A stretch of DNA of 64,000 nucleotides, from NCBI RefSeq assembly GCF_009914755.1, contig NC_060948.1. One strand, 5' to 3'. The position numbers were made by a program, and so were the translations under genes. The notes below the pieces were generated by a model. The model saw only the letters and a list, made by a program, of their open reading frames with translations, made no database searches and was not told where the DNA came from. Source of the DNA: the human T2T-CHM13v2.0 reference genome, Homo sapiens. This document shows positions 32,984-45,149 of the stretch, in pieces (the stretch's first letter is position 1; each line of letters starts with the position of its first letter).

Positions 32984-33463
32984 TGGGAAAACAGCCCTGT
33001 GCTAGACATGATGCTGGGTGGAAAATGTTGTACTTTCATTCCCAACAATACTGACCCAGGTGGGACCATCACGAAAGCTTTATAAGGACAAACAACTTTA
33101 GCTAATGAACTGGCAGAAAATGCTGGCATTAATGACCTGCTTACAGATTGGCTAGAAGGTTGGTTTGGAAAGTGGAAAGGCATGGTAGCTTCAATCTTTA
33201 CATCTTATAGTTGTGGCAGAAGTCTTAAAAGCAGTGGGATGTTGTATTATCCCTTGTATGAAGGTACTAGCACAGAGATTAATTGAAACAGCTATTTAAA
33301 AAAATGCCCATAACTTATGAACAAAATAACCCACTACTACTAGAAACCAAATTAAACTCACTCTCTTAGGAGGAGGAAAGTAAATGACTTCTAGAGCAAT
33401 TTAAGAACCAAAAGGGTTTAACTAAAAATAAGACCAAAGGAAGTAAATAGAAAAGAGGGAATT
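32984..33463 (+). pseudogene. ERV1 env transmembrane-subunit relic ending in a polypurine tract
   Basis: WENSPVLDMMLGGKCCTFIPNNTDPGGTITKAL*GQTTLANELAENAGINDLLTDWLEGWFGKWKGMV, then GCCIIPC after a frameshift. PPT agaaaagaggga lies just before the LTR. Confidence 0.85.
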
Positions 33464-33903
33464 TGTGAAAAAACATTTTAAATGGTCCTTTTTCAAGGCA
33501 TGATAAATCTAACTACTGGCCGCCAGCCTGCAAATGTAACAAACTGCATGGCTCATGCACCTAGAAGTTTATAATAAGCAAACAAAATGTAGAGGACGGA
33601 TCAGGCCATAAAAGGGAAGAAAATTTTGTTATTGGGAAATCAAAACATAAGTGGGCAAGGGGACTGGGTTATAACCTGACAAGGGGGGTAATAAAATTTA
33701 TGCAACATCTGGGAAAATTTTAACCCAACCAGGGAGGAACTATTATATACCAGGAGATAAATTACCTGTCATGACTGTCCCAGGTGTGCCTGCCCACCAG
33801 ACACCCAGTCTTGCAAAATCATTATTAAAAAGTCTTATTTTTGCTGTTCTTTGTGCCTCTAGGTCCACTTTTTGGGTTTGGATGGGTGAGTATGTTTCTC
33901 ACA
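33464..33903 (+). mobile_element. ERV1 3' LTR (MER84/LTR23-like)
   Basis: TGTGA...TCACA termini directly after the PPT; attaaa poly(A)-type signal. Confidence 0.8.
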
Positions 33904-34540
33904 GAAATTGAAAGCAAAGATCACTTAGTGTAAACTGACTGTGCAGCCTCTCAGATATTGAGCATCTCCTGGAGAAAATACAATCCTCTTTAGTCCTGAA
34001 GGAAACATCACACAAGATACGGTTTCTTCAAAATTGTATGGGATATTTAAATATCAAATATCAATATCAAAGTTTTCTTCTTTTCACTGTGAAGACAAAC
34101 TGATGGTCATAAATAGTCACCATTTTATCCACAAAATGGTAATTTGTGAGTGTGCCTACCAGCCATTCTATAGTTTGTCATAGTTCTCTTTGACTATGGG
34201 GATCTAGCAGAGGATTGCAGTTCATTTAATTTGTGTTTACTACTTTTTCTATGGGCCGGACTCATGCGTCTATTAATGGTAGTAGGCAGCATAGTACCCC
34301 AATTTATGTTGAATGGCGTGGAGTGGAAAGATGTGTTCTGTATGCTAGCAAGTGTTGTTTTCCCATCTACCTTCCACAGTGAGAATGCCATGGACATTTT
34401 AGTTCCTGTTCTACATTTTTATCATCGCCTAATTGATTGGAATGATATTTCTATATAATAATGACTTTGAACACATATAAGCATTCTCAGGAAACATGAA
34501 CTGCAGTGGTTGTTCTACCACAGTTCAAGGGAAAGATGAT

Positions 34541-34562
34541 TATGGTTGCCTTGGCAACCATA
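34541..34562. promoter_or_regulatory. Palindromic RFX X-box-like motif
   Basis: tatggttgcc-tt-ggcaaccata: 10-bp perfect inverted arms around GTTGCCnnGGCAAC. Confidence 0.5.
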
Positions 34563-35097
34563 GCTCTGCACTGTCTATTTTTTACTGTTTTCCTATTTGA
34601 GAATCCTTTTGAGGAAAAACAAAAGAAAGAATATCAGTAAAGTCTCATTTTCAATTTATGAAGCTTCTGGGAATGATACAGTCTTATGTAGCTACAAAAA
34701 CATCTCCAGTTCCTAATATTTCCCCAAACATTGGAAAGTCCAGGCATATGAAATGAACTAAAAATAGGCTTTTACTTATGTCAAAACACAAACATCATCT
34801 TTATTCCCTATAGAGGTAATTATTTTGAAAGAACTGAAAGGAAAGTTTACTTTTCTGTTTCTCTGTAGCATACAGCTGTGACTTCTATTTTTCTAGAAAA
34901 AGGGAAAGGTTTTTGCCTATAAACTTCCATTAGTATTTTTACCTGTAATGGAGTTATTCAATTGCAAATAGGTATACAAATAAAATAGTCCTACTCTAGG
35001 AAATGGCTAGTTGAGAGACTGTGAAACAGTGATGTTGTAACAATGTGTTGAATTATTTATTGCCAACATATCCTCTTTACATTTCCTTTGTGGATGA

Positions 35098-35453
<356 letters not shown>

Positions 35454-35620
35454 AGACCACTAGTTTCTTTTAAAAGAGAAAAGGTGATAATATTTGGGTC
35501 TTTATAATTGTTTTTCTGTATTAAAGCAAAAATGTAGTATAAATGTATAGTACTGCATGACTAGAAAACTAGAAAAAGTAATTGAGAAACACTATATTTT
35601 ATTTTCTCCAGTCACTTGTT

Positions 35621-35940
35621 ACTCTTTCTTCCCCTCCCTCTTCTTTCTTTTTCTTTCTTTCTTTCTTCTCTTTCTTTCTTTCTTTTCTTTCTTTCTCTTT
35701 CTTTCTTTCTCTTTCTTTCTTTCTTTCTTCCTTCCTTCCTTCTTTTTTCTTTCCTTCCTTCCTTCCTTTTTTCTTTCTTTCTTTCTTTTCTTTTCTTTTC
35801 TTTCTTCTCTCCTCCCTCCCTCCCTGCCTCCCTCCTTCTCTCCCTCCTTCCCTCCCTCCCTTCCTCCCATCCTCCCTTCCCTTTTCTCACTTCCCTCCTT
35901 CCTTCCTTTCTTCCTGCCTCCCTCCCTGCCTCCCTTCTTT
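35621..35940. repeat. Polypyrimidine/polypurine compound microsatellite (CTTT/CCTT/CCCT)n
   Basis: About 320 bp of almost pure C/T on the + strand. Confidence 0.95.
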
Positions 35941-36150
35941 CATAACTTTTTTGTAGCCAGCCAGATGGTAAGCGTTTCCAGCTTTTGAGGCTATCCAGAT
36001 TTTGTCTCAACTACTCACCTCTGATGTTATAAGAAAGAAGCCATAGATAACATGCAAATGAATGGACTGGGCTGTGTTAAATTAATACTTCATTTACAGA
36101 AGCAGCCAGTGGACCACATTTGGCCCATGGGCTATAGATTTCCAACTCGT
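35941..36150. mobile_element. MER58A hAT fossil
   Basis: gccagatggtaag..tgtctcaactactcacctctg..agccatagataac..tttggcccatgggctatag. Confidence 0.75.
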
Positions 36151-36240
36151 ACTCTAAGAGAAAAATTGTTTTGCTTACTTACCTTTCCACACCCCACATG
36201 GAAGTGTAGTGCTTCAGGCAAATGCTTTTTTAAAAATTTA

Positions 36241-36363
36241 TGCCTAAACTGCGCATGGGGTTGCTTGCCTGTAATCCTAGGTACTTGAGAGTCTGACATG
36301 GGAGGATTACTTGCATCCTACAACTTTGCATCCAGCCTTGAGAAACCCTTATCTCTTAAAAAA
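36241..36363 (+). mobile_element. FLAM (Alu monomer)
   Basis: gcctgtaatcctaggtacttgagagtctgacatgggaggattacttg..gagaaaccct..tctcttaaaaaa. Confidence 0.65.
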
Positions 36364-36883
36364 TGTGCCTGAAAGTCCAATCTCTCACACTGCCTTTTGT
36401 GTAAAATATCCCTTTTGCTACCATATTGGTTCTATTAGAGAGAAAGGTAGGGGTTACACACTTTTGCAACTCATTAAGGAGGGTAGAAGCAGATATTGAT
36501 AATAGTTTCCTTAGTTTAAAAACTGTTAGAACATATTAAAAACCATCAGCTGCTAAGATTTCCTTACTCCCTGGCTGAGTTAGAATTTCTTTTGAATATC
36601 AGAAGCCTAATGGGCTCTCCCTGCATAAGCTGGCAATACAAACTGAGGTAGACACTGTGGGAATGGAGTCCACTGGCTGCCAGCTGGCCTCCCCATCCCC
36701 ATGGGGTCTCCACAGTCACCTGGCACCAAGAAGAACATGCTCTCTTCTTTATTTTCCATTGAGGTATTTTGTGGTGCCTTGTTTAAACTGATTTTAACAT
36801 CCTCTTTAAGTTTTAATCAGATACTTTGAAGAAAAATATAGAAAAACAAAAACAGAAATCTATGTGTTTGTTACTCAGATTTA

Positions 36884-37264
<381 letters not shown>

Positions 37265-38084
37265 TTACAGACCTAACTGAAACCCAAGATTTTTCCTCAT
37301 TCCAACCATTTCTGAAGAGGCTATTTCAAAATAATGTGAATTATTTCCTGCTTATTAAAATTGGTTATTGAGAGGCAGAAGAATAGAAACTATACTGATT
37401 TTATAGTATATGTTCAGAGCATCACTGTTGCATAGTATGACCGATTTGATCCAATTTGTATGGGTTTTCTGCCCATTAAAGACTGAATAATATGTTGACT
37501 CTACTCCCAAGAGAGACTTAGATAATGCATCACATCTCTTTTCTATTGGGAATCGTGCATTCATCTAATAGACAGTAAATATAAATCATTCTAATTCGTA
37601 ATAAAGAGCTAGATATAGTTTTCAATTTCAGTGGCAACTTTGAAAAGTGCATTATTATTTTTCTGCTACCTCTAACAGAGTTATTATCTTATGGTGCAAA
37701 TGCTTTCATAAATGCTCTCTCATCTCAACCTGTATAGTGGTTAGAAAAGACCGTGTTACAGCCCTCTCCAAGGTAAGGGCATCAATGCACTGGGACATTG
37801 TATAGTGCTTGGCAGTCATGGCGGGACTTTAATACCACCTACCAAGCTTTGCAAAGGTGAGAATCCTCATCCTATCCACAGAGATGTAATCCAACTAGGG
37901 TCAGGAAAGGCTTCCCTGAGCATTAAAGAATGAGAACATAGGAGAGGATATCAGGTTAAGGAAAGAACATGGATAAAAGGCAGTGTGGTAGGAGACCAGA
38001 GATTTTGGTTCTCAGATGCACTGTGATTCCAATTTAGAAGTCTATATGGGCATCCCAGTAGCATCTCAAGCACTTTAGGCAATT

Positions 38085-38210
38085 CACATTCCTTCAGCAA
38101 ATGTTTATGGAGAACCTGGAGTGTGCCTGAGATTCTTTCAGGTATTGGGAATTCAGCAATTAATGTGCAAAAGTTCTTTCCCTCCTGAAGCTTGTTTCTG
38201 GTAGGGCTGA
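38085..38210 (-). mobile_element. L2 3' end relic
   Basis: cattccttcagcaaatgtttatggagaacc..tgtgcc..ccctcctgaagctt. Confidence 0.6.
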
Positions 38211-39029
38211 TTCAGGAAGTTCACAAATTTCAGGCACATCTTGAGAAGGACTGACTAAGAGCTGTTGGCCTGGAACAGAGCCATGAGGAGTGCCTGCATT
38301 TACAGCTCTAAAGGGGCAGAAGCAGTAGAAAAGAACCTAGAGCAAGTGGCTAATGAAGGAAAAAGAGGAAAGGGGTGCATATAGCAAAAGCTAGGGGAGG
38401 AAACTGATTCCAGTTGGCAAAGTGAATGAATGGCAAGGTGTAGTGGTGCTGAGGGGTCAGGTAGAATAAAAACAGAACAGTCCCCCTTCAGCTTTACAAC
38501 AAGGTGCATTCAGAATTTTTCCCAAACCAGTTTTATATGAATAATGGAAGTAGAAATCAGATTGAGTTGCTTTAGAGTGTCTGGGAAGTGAAAAATGGGA
38601 ATGTGAGAAGATGTTGGCAATTAGGAAATGAGAAATTGCGATGACTCCAGAGAAATTTGCCCTCAGTTCGGGACTTCATTATATCCCTGCAGGAAAGAGT
38701 CTTCTGGTAGTGGTGAGATTAATTAACTTATTTTTGCTTAACTTTTCCATCTAAAAGGATGCATTTTAAGCTTGCTGAAAATGAATTTAGGATAGTTTTT
38801 GCATGCAGTGGATACTCACTGAAAATAAGGGCTTTCTCTTATAGGGTTTTAGTTTACCAATCTCACTCTGCCTGACACAATATTTTCAGTAATCATCTTA
38901 TTAAATAGCAAGTAAGATTAGAAATTTATTATTAACTGAAGTACAAGGCAGGAAATAGGATAGGTTAAGCAAATTGCCCTAATCATGCTGCTTATAACTT
39001 ATGGCCCCCAGAGAATTTGAATGCATATT

Positions 39030-39474
39030 TGCTATGGTTTGGCTATGGTTTGTTTGTCCTCATCAAATCTCACATTAACATTTGATCCGTAGCATGGTGG
39101 TGTTGGAGATGTGGCATAGTGAGCGGTTTTGGGGACAGATCCTTCATGAATGACTTGCTACCTTTCTTATGACAATGAGGGCATTATTGGTCTCCTGAGA
39201 CTAGCCTGTTTCTCGTTGAATTGATTAATTCCTGCAAGAGTGGGTTGCTAGAACAGGACACCCCTGGGTTTCGTACGTGTTTGCATGTGTTTGTTTCCCC
39301 TTTGACTTCTCAGCTGTATTTTAATGCAGCACAAAAGCCTTTGCTGGAAGCTGAGCAGATGGTAGTGCCCTGCATCTTTAAAGCCAGCAGAACTTTGAGC
39401 CAAAATAAACCTGATATTTATAAACTACCCAACCTTAGCTATTCCTTTACAGCAACACAGAGTGGACTAAGACA
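39030..39474 (+). mobile_element. MST-family MaLR solo LTR
   Basis: tgctatggtttgg...gagccaaaataaacct...agcaacacagagtggactaagaca. Confidence 0.85.
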
Positions 39475-41515
39475 ACATCTTTTAACTTGGTTTTATGCTG
39501 TTTGCTCCACTTGATCTTGGAATTGTATTCCCCTATAAGAATTGTACCTGCTTAAGTAGAGACTGAGTATTCATCTACTTTGTATCCCCTTACCACTATT
39601 GTATTTAGCCCAGCTCCTGGCACAGGCAGTTTTCAATTGTGAGTGGCACTGAAATTAAATTTCTTAGCCCTTGGCCCAACATTCTTGGGCTGCTTTTGTT
39701 TCTGAAGCCCCAGTTTATATTCAGGAGAAATGCTTTGGACTTAAGACCCTCAAACTAATTTATGTACACATATCATCTGTGGAGGAAGTGGGACACAGTG
39801 AAAGGTAGAGACAGATCTTGAACATGACAGTAGAAATGATATGTTAGTGGAAAATTAATATGTGCATATTTTATTTTACTGAAGAATAAATAATCTAACA
39901 TAAGGAAGTGAATAAAACTGACTGATCATTGATTGGTAGGTATCTTTATATATACATATAATATATAATGTGATATACCAGTAAAAATGCATATATATGT
40001 TGTATATAATGTAATTGTATATTATATTGAATATGATATTTAATATACATCTGTATATCTATAGATACCCACTCTAGTGCACTTTTTTCCTCCAAAATAA
40101 AATACTTGCAACATCAGGGAGTACTAAGTAGGAATATTCCCAAGAGGGTCAGAGATTGAGATGCAATCTCAGAACCCATTAAATATCCTGAAGATAGTTG
40201 GGCTGTAGGAGTCCTGTGGAAAACTTGAAAGCTGTCCATCACTTCTTGAAAGAAAGGGGTGTGAGGGATGAAGTAGACTGACCAGTGTACATCTCCCTGG
40301 GATCTTATTTACTCACTCTTAGGAATTACCTAGGACAAGCATGTATGGAATGTCCCAGAATCATGTTTGGTTGCATTATTTCCCTGCCGTGGCAAAAGTG
40401 GCCTACAGAAGCTGTACATTCTGGGTCATTGCTAGAACCCAAATGAGTGTTGCTTGGGAACTGGAGAAGGAAAATGGAAACAGAGCGCTCCCAAGTTCTT
40501 TCCCCAATCTCTTGGTTTGAAACATCTTAAACTGTCATTTTCCTATGTCCAAGATGGGCAAATATTAACCATTTCATGCAGCTCAATCAAAAAGTATGAT
40601 CCAGCTACTACAGACATGTTGACATTAGTAGGCCTTCTTGTTAAAGCTTGGTAAATTGGTGGATGCTTGGGCTTGAATATTAAGACCTCTTGATTTTGTG
40701 AGCCAGAGTGAAGGCATTCTTTTTCCTGCCTATATTTTAATAGCATCTTGGGTGAGAGAGGGCCAGCATCATCTGTTTATCATGCTTTGTGCTCAGTGAC
40801 TTTGTGAAAAGAATGAAAAAGAACTTTAAAGTTGGGGTGATTGTCTAGACAGTTCTAAAATAGCTGCTCCAGGTGAAAAGAAACCATCAAATGCAGACAA
40901 ACCAAGAAGCTCCTTTGGCAAGACACAGCGTTTGAATTCTCATAGGTTCTCTGTAAATTATGAAGTAGAAAATAATCAGGAGCCTAAATTCCAGTAATTA
41001 TAATTATTAGTTATTTTAAATTACCACCACTTGCTTCACACAGAGGCATTCTCTGTGTGATAAATTATATTTAAAATATTGTTTAAATAATTATTTGGAT
41101 AATTTGAGCTGAAATAGTCCAGGCTGAACTATTTAGCTGGCTGAAACACCTGTGCATGGTTTAATTTAAAATATACAGAAAAAAAGACTTCATTATTCAC
41201 TCCACTGGGGAGGTCTTGTAATACAAAGCAAGAAGAAGACCTTCGCTGGAGCCCATGCCCCCTGGGATCCCATCAGAGCCCTCTTTCCTGGTATTGGCCT
41301 GTGCTGCCTGACTCATGATATGACATGATGACTGCACAACGATATTCAATGAAGGGCAGAGGTCCAGCTGGGCAGAGGCAACACAACCATTGAAGAGGAT
41401 GCTCAAATTAAGTGCTGTTACTGTCTACACTATTCTTTGCTGATAAAGGGGTGGCTACAACATCAGCAGAAAATTATGTTCTTTATTCTTAAATAAATCC
41501 AAGTGGGATGCGGTT

Positions 41516-41883
41516 TGATATGGTTTGGCTGTGTCCCTACCCAAATCCCATCTTGAACTGTAATTCCCATAATCCCCAAGTGTCATGAGGGACCCAGTGG
41601 GAGGTAATTGAATTATAGGGACAGTTACCCTCATGCTGTTCTCATGATAGTGGGTGAATTCTCATGAGATCTGATGATTTTAAAAGGGACTTTTCCCGCT
41701 TTTGCTCAGCACTTCTCCTTGTTGCTGCCATGTGAAGGACATGTTTACTTCCCCTTCCACAATTATTGTGTTTCCTGAGGCTTCCCTAGCCATGTTGAAC
41801 TGTGAGTCAATTAAACCTCTTTCTTTATAAATTACCCAGTGTTGGATATGTCTTTGTTACCATCATGAGAACAAACTAACACA
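41516..41883 (+). mobile_element. THE1 (THE1D-like) MaLR solo LTR
   Basis: tgatatggtttggctgtgtccctacccaaatc...gtgagtcaattaaacctctttc...aactaacaca. Confidence 0.92.
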
Positions 41884-42009
41884 GGGTAGATGGTCAATTC
41901 AGCATAGAATGGGATGAAAGTCTCACAGCATGAGGTTAGTTAAAAATCTTTGTGCATAAGGAAAAGAACAGCATGAAAGGGAAAAGAGAGAGCTTTCCCA
42001 TTTTCCTAA

Positions 42010-42575
<566 letters not shown>

Positions 42576-42583
42576 TTTTATTT

Positions 42584-43223
42584 ATTAACTCCAGGGGAGT
42601 CAAGGAGAAAGTTCCCCTTTGACTTTCATGAAGGGTCCCTGAAAAACCACTGGCATGACACAGATTGATCAGCAGGAGAAAAGGCATACACATTTATTTA
42701 GCTAGTGTACACTTCAGAATGAAGACCTAATTACAGGGGAAATTGTCCATTTTTATGCTTAAGTTCAACAATGTTTGGACAGCTGTGTAGTAATGTGATT
42801 GGGAAAAAAGGTCTGATTTAAATGCTAATGAACTGAGTGGAGAAACCCAGCAAGGCCCATCTGTCTAGATTCTTCTTGGCCTCTCTGAGAAACATTACTT
42901 CCTTCTAGGTGTGAAAGAGGACCCTGTCTGGAAGAGGAGTCTTAGGATCCACAGTCAAGCAAGATGGATCAGATCATTTCTTCATGGCCGGTTTTTATGT
43001 AGAATATTTTTAGGTTTTATGACTGACATTTGGGAAAAAAGGTTCTGATTTGTATGACCTATCTTGGGGAAAAGGGATTCTAGTTTCTATTTCTAGCCTC
43101 AGGGCAAAATAGAGTGAGAGCTGACATACAGGAGGACAGGAGAAGACCAGAGAGAAACTTTTGCTTCTAAAACTACTCAGCAGTATGTCTTCATTTTGAG
43201 GTAACTTTTTCTGAGTCCCAACA
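42584..43223 (-). mobile_element. MER39-family ERV1 solo LTR
   Basis: Minus strand starts tgttgggactcagaaaaag..cctcaaaatgaag..agaagcaaaagtttctctctgg..atagaaactagaatccc. Confidence 0.78.
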
Positions 43224-43399
43224 AAACTCTACCAGGCTGAACATGGACCAGGCATTATTCTAACTCCGAGAGAACAGAGACGAAGAAGAGAGGGATCCTG
43301 CAGTTTTCTTTTTGGGTGTCAAGATGGCGACACCATTTACTGAATGACTCCAAGTGATGAGCTAAATCTATTCTCTTGATTTTGACTCTGCTGCTTTCT

Positions 43400-43545
43400 T
43401 GCTGTGGGTCTATGAGCAAGTTTACCCACCCTTCCATTAACTCTCTGTAAAGTGGGAACAGTGTTGGTGTTGTGATGATTAGATGAGTAAACACATTTGG
43501 AGCATAGAGCTCTGTGCCTGACACACAGGATGCCATAAGTTAATA
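43400..43545 (+). mobile_element. MIR relic
   Basis: ctgtaaagtggga..gttgtgatgattagatgag..tgtgcctgacacacagg. Confidence 0.65.
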
Positions 43546-43693
43546 TTTGTGAGAATGTGTGAAAGATTGTGTTTAACTGGTTTTCAATGTAAGTCCATCC
43601 TCTTCAGAGATGCCAAGGAGATAGTTGTGCGTTCTGGAGTTCTAAGACCTATATGCATCTCGTTAACCCTTGAGAAATCTAGTAGGCTCTCAA

Positions 43694-44035
43694 ATTTTTA
43701 AAATTATATATTGAAAAATTATAATTGTGTTTATTCAGTAAAAAGTGATGCTATGATTTTTGAATACAATGTGTAATGATTAAATTGAGGTGATTAACAT
43801 ATCCATCATTCCAAATATTTAACCTTTTTTGTGATGAGAACATTTGAAATTTATTCTCAGTAATTATGAAATGTACAATACTCAGTTATTATCTATATTC
43901 ACCATGCTGTGCAGTAGGTCTCAAAACAACAACAGCAACAAGAAAAAAAAACACAAAACAAAACAAAAAATAAATGTCTTCCTCCTTTCTGAAGCTTTGC
44001 ACTTTTTGACCCCATTGCTGACAACCCCCAGCCTC
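43694..44035 (-). mobile_element. L1MA 3' end fragment
   Basis: ttgtgatgagaacatttgaaatttattctcag..tcaccatgctgtgcagtaggtctc. Confidence 0.78.
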
Positions 44036-44178
44036 ACTCACTTGATGGAACACCATGAGATGTGCTTACAACAGTGGCTGGCATGTAGTCAGTGCTAAAA
44101 AATTGTTAGCTTTTGGTGTTGTTCATGTGGTTGTTGTTGTTATTGAAAAATGGTAGGTGGAATCTGCTTGTGAATATG

Positions 44179-44628
44179 CAGTCATGTGCCAAATAAGGAT
44201 GTTTCTGTCAACAACGGACCACACAGACAACAGTGATCTCATAAGATTATAATAACATACTGGTACTGTACCTTTTCTATGTTTAGATATGTTTAGATAC
44301 ACAAATTCTTACCATTATGTTACAGTTACCTATAGTATTCAGTACAGTAAAATGATGTATGGGTCTGCATTCTAGGAGCAATAGGCTGTACCATCCAGCC
44401 TAGGTGTGTAGTAGGTTTGTGTAAGTACATCTATCGTTTTCACTTCCTAGTGTACTACATCATTGGGAAGGCTTCCTGTACCTTTTTTTATATATCTTTC
44501 TGTGTGTCTCCCCCACAGAATGATAATGCTTAGGTGTTTGTGTAAATACACTCTATGATGCTCACAACAAAATCACGTCATGATGCTTTTCTCAGAATGT
44601 ATCCCCATCATTAAGTGAAACATGACTA
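44179..44628. mobile_element. Tigger3-derived MITE (MER7A/Tigger3a-like) carrying a 96-bp foreign insert
   Basis: TIRs cagtcatg / catgacta; internal tgtttagatatgtttagatacacaaa motif. Confidence 0.85.
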
Positions 44629-45149
44629 TACTTTAACAGAGATGGCAATTCTTGAATGACTTGTTAGAAGGAGAACAGAAATAATGGTGGCCTCACGAAT
44701 TATTCAATTATTAAATTAATCAATTCATTAAAACAGCTGTTGTTAATTACCTAAACTCAGGCAGGTGAGGAAAACAATTGCTTCGTATTTTCTAATTTGT
44801 CACTCTTATGTGTTGCCACTGGCTAAGCAAACTGTGGTCGCTGCTGCAGCTAAGAGTGTCAAATTGTTGAATACCCAAGCCAGGCTTGTGAAATATTGAA
44901 AAATGACTTCTTCCATGTTGATCCATAAAATCTTTACCATCTTACAGAGAACTAATGAATCATCGCTCTAGCACCAGGTTCAAGAGCTTCCCATAATAAT
45001 CTCATAACTCTAGTGCCAACATTGCCCAAGCTTGTTAGCCTTCATGAACTTCATTATTAAAGTTTGATATTTGTACTTGTGTTGTGTAATAGGATTAGTT
45101 GAATTGAAAAGATGACGAAGCTGCCATTAAAAACTTCTTTCTAATACCT

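Noticed and set aside
35557-36010. Five overlapping 83-143 aa ORFs
   Set aside because: Artefacts of the C/T microsatellite, which lacks stop codons.
41197-41406. Minus-strand ORF (SILFNGCVASAQLDLC..LLLALYYK) loosely resembling CLCN4 (SELFNDCGALESSQLC..LALALIFK), the X neighbour of WWC3
   Set aside because: Spacing differs, nucleotide similarity looks poor, and no splice sites were found; probably chance. A TBLASTN with CLCN4 would settle it.
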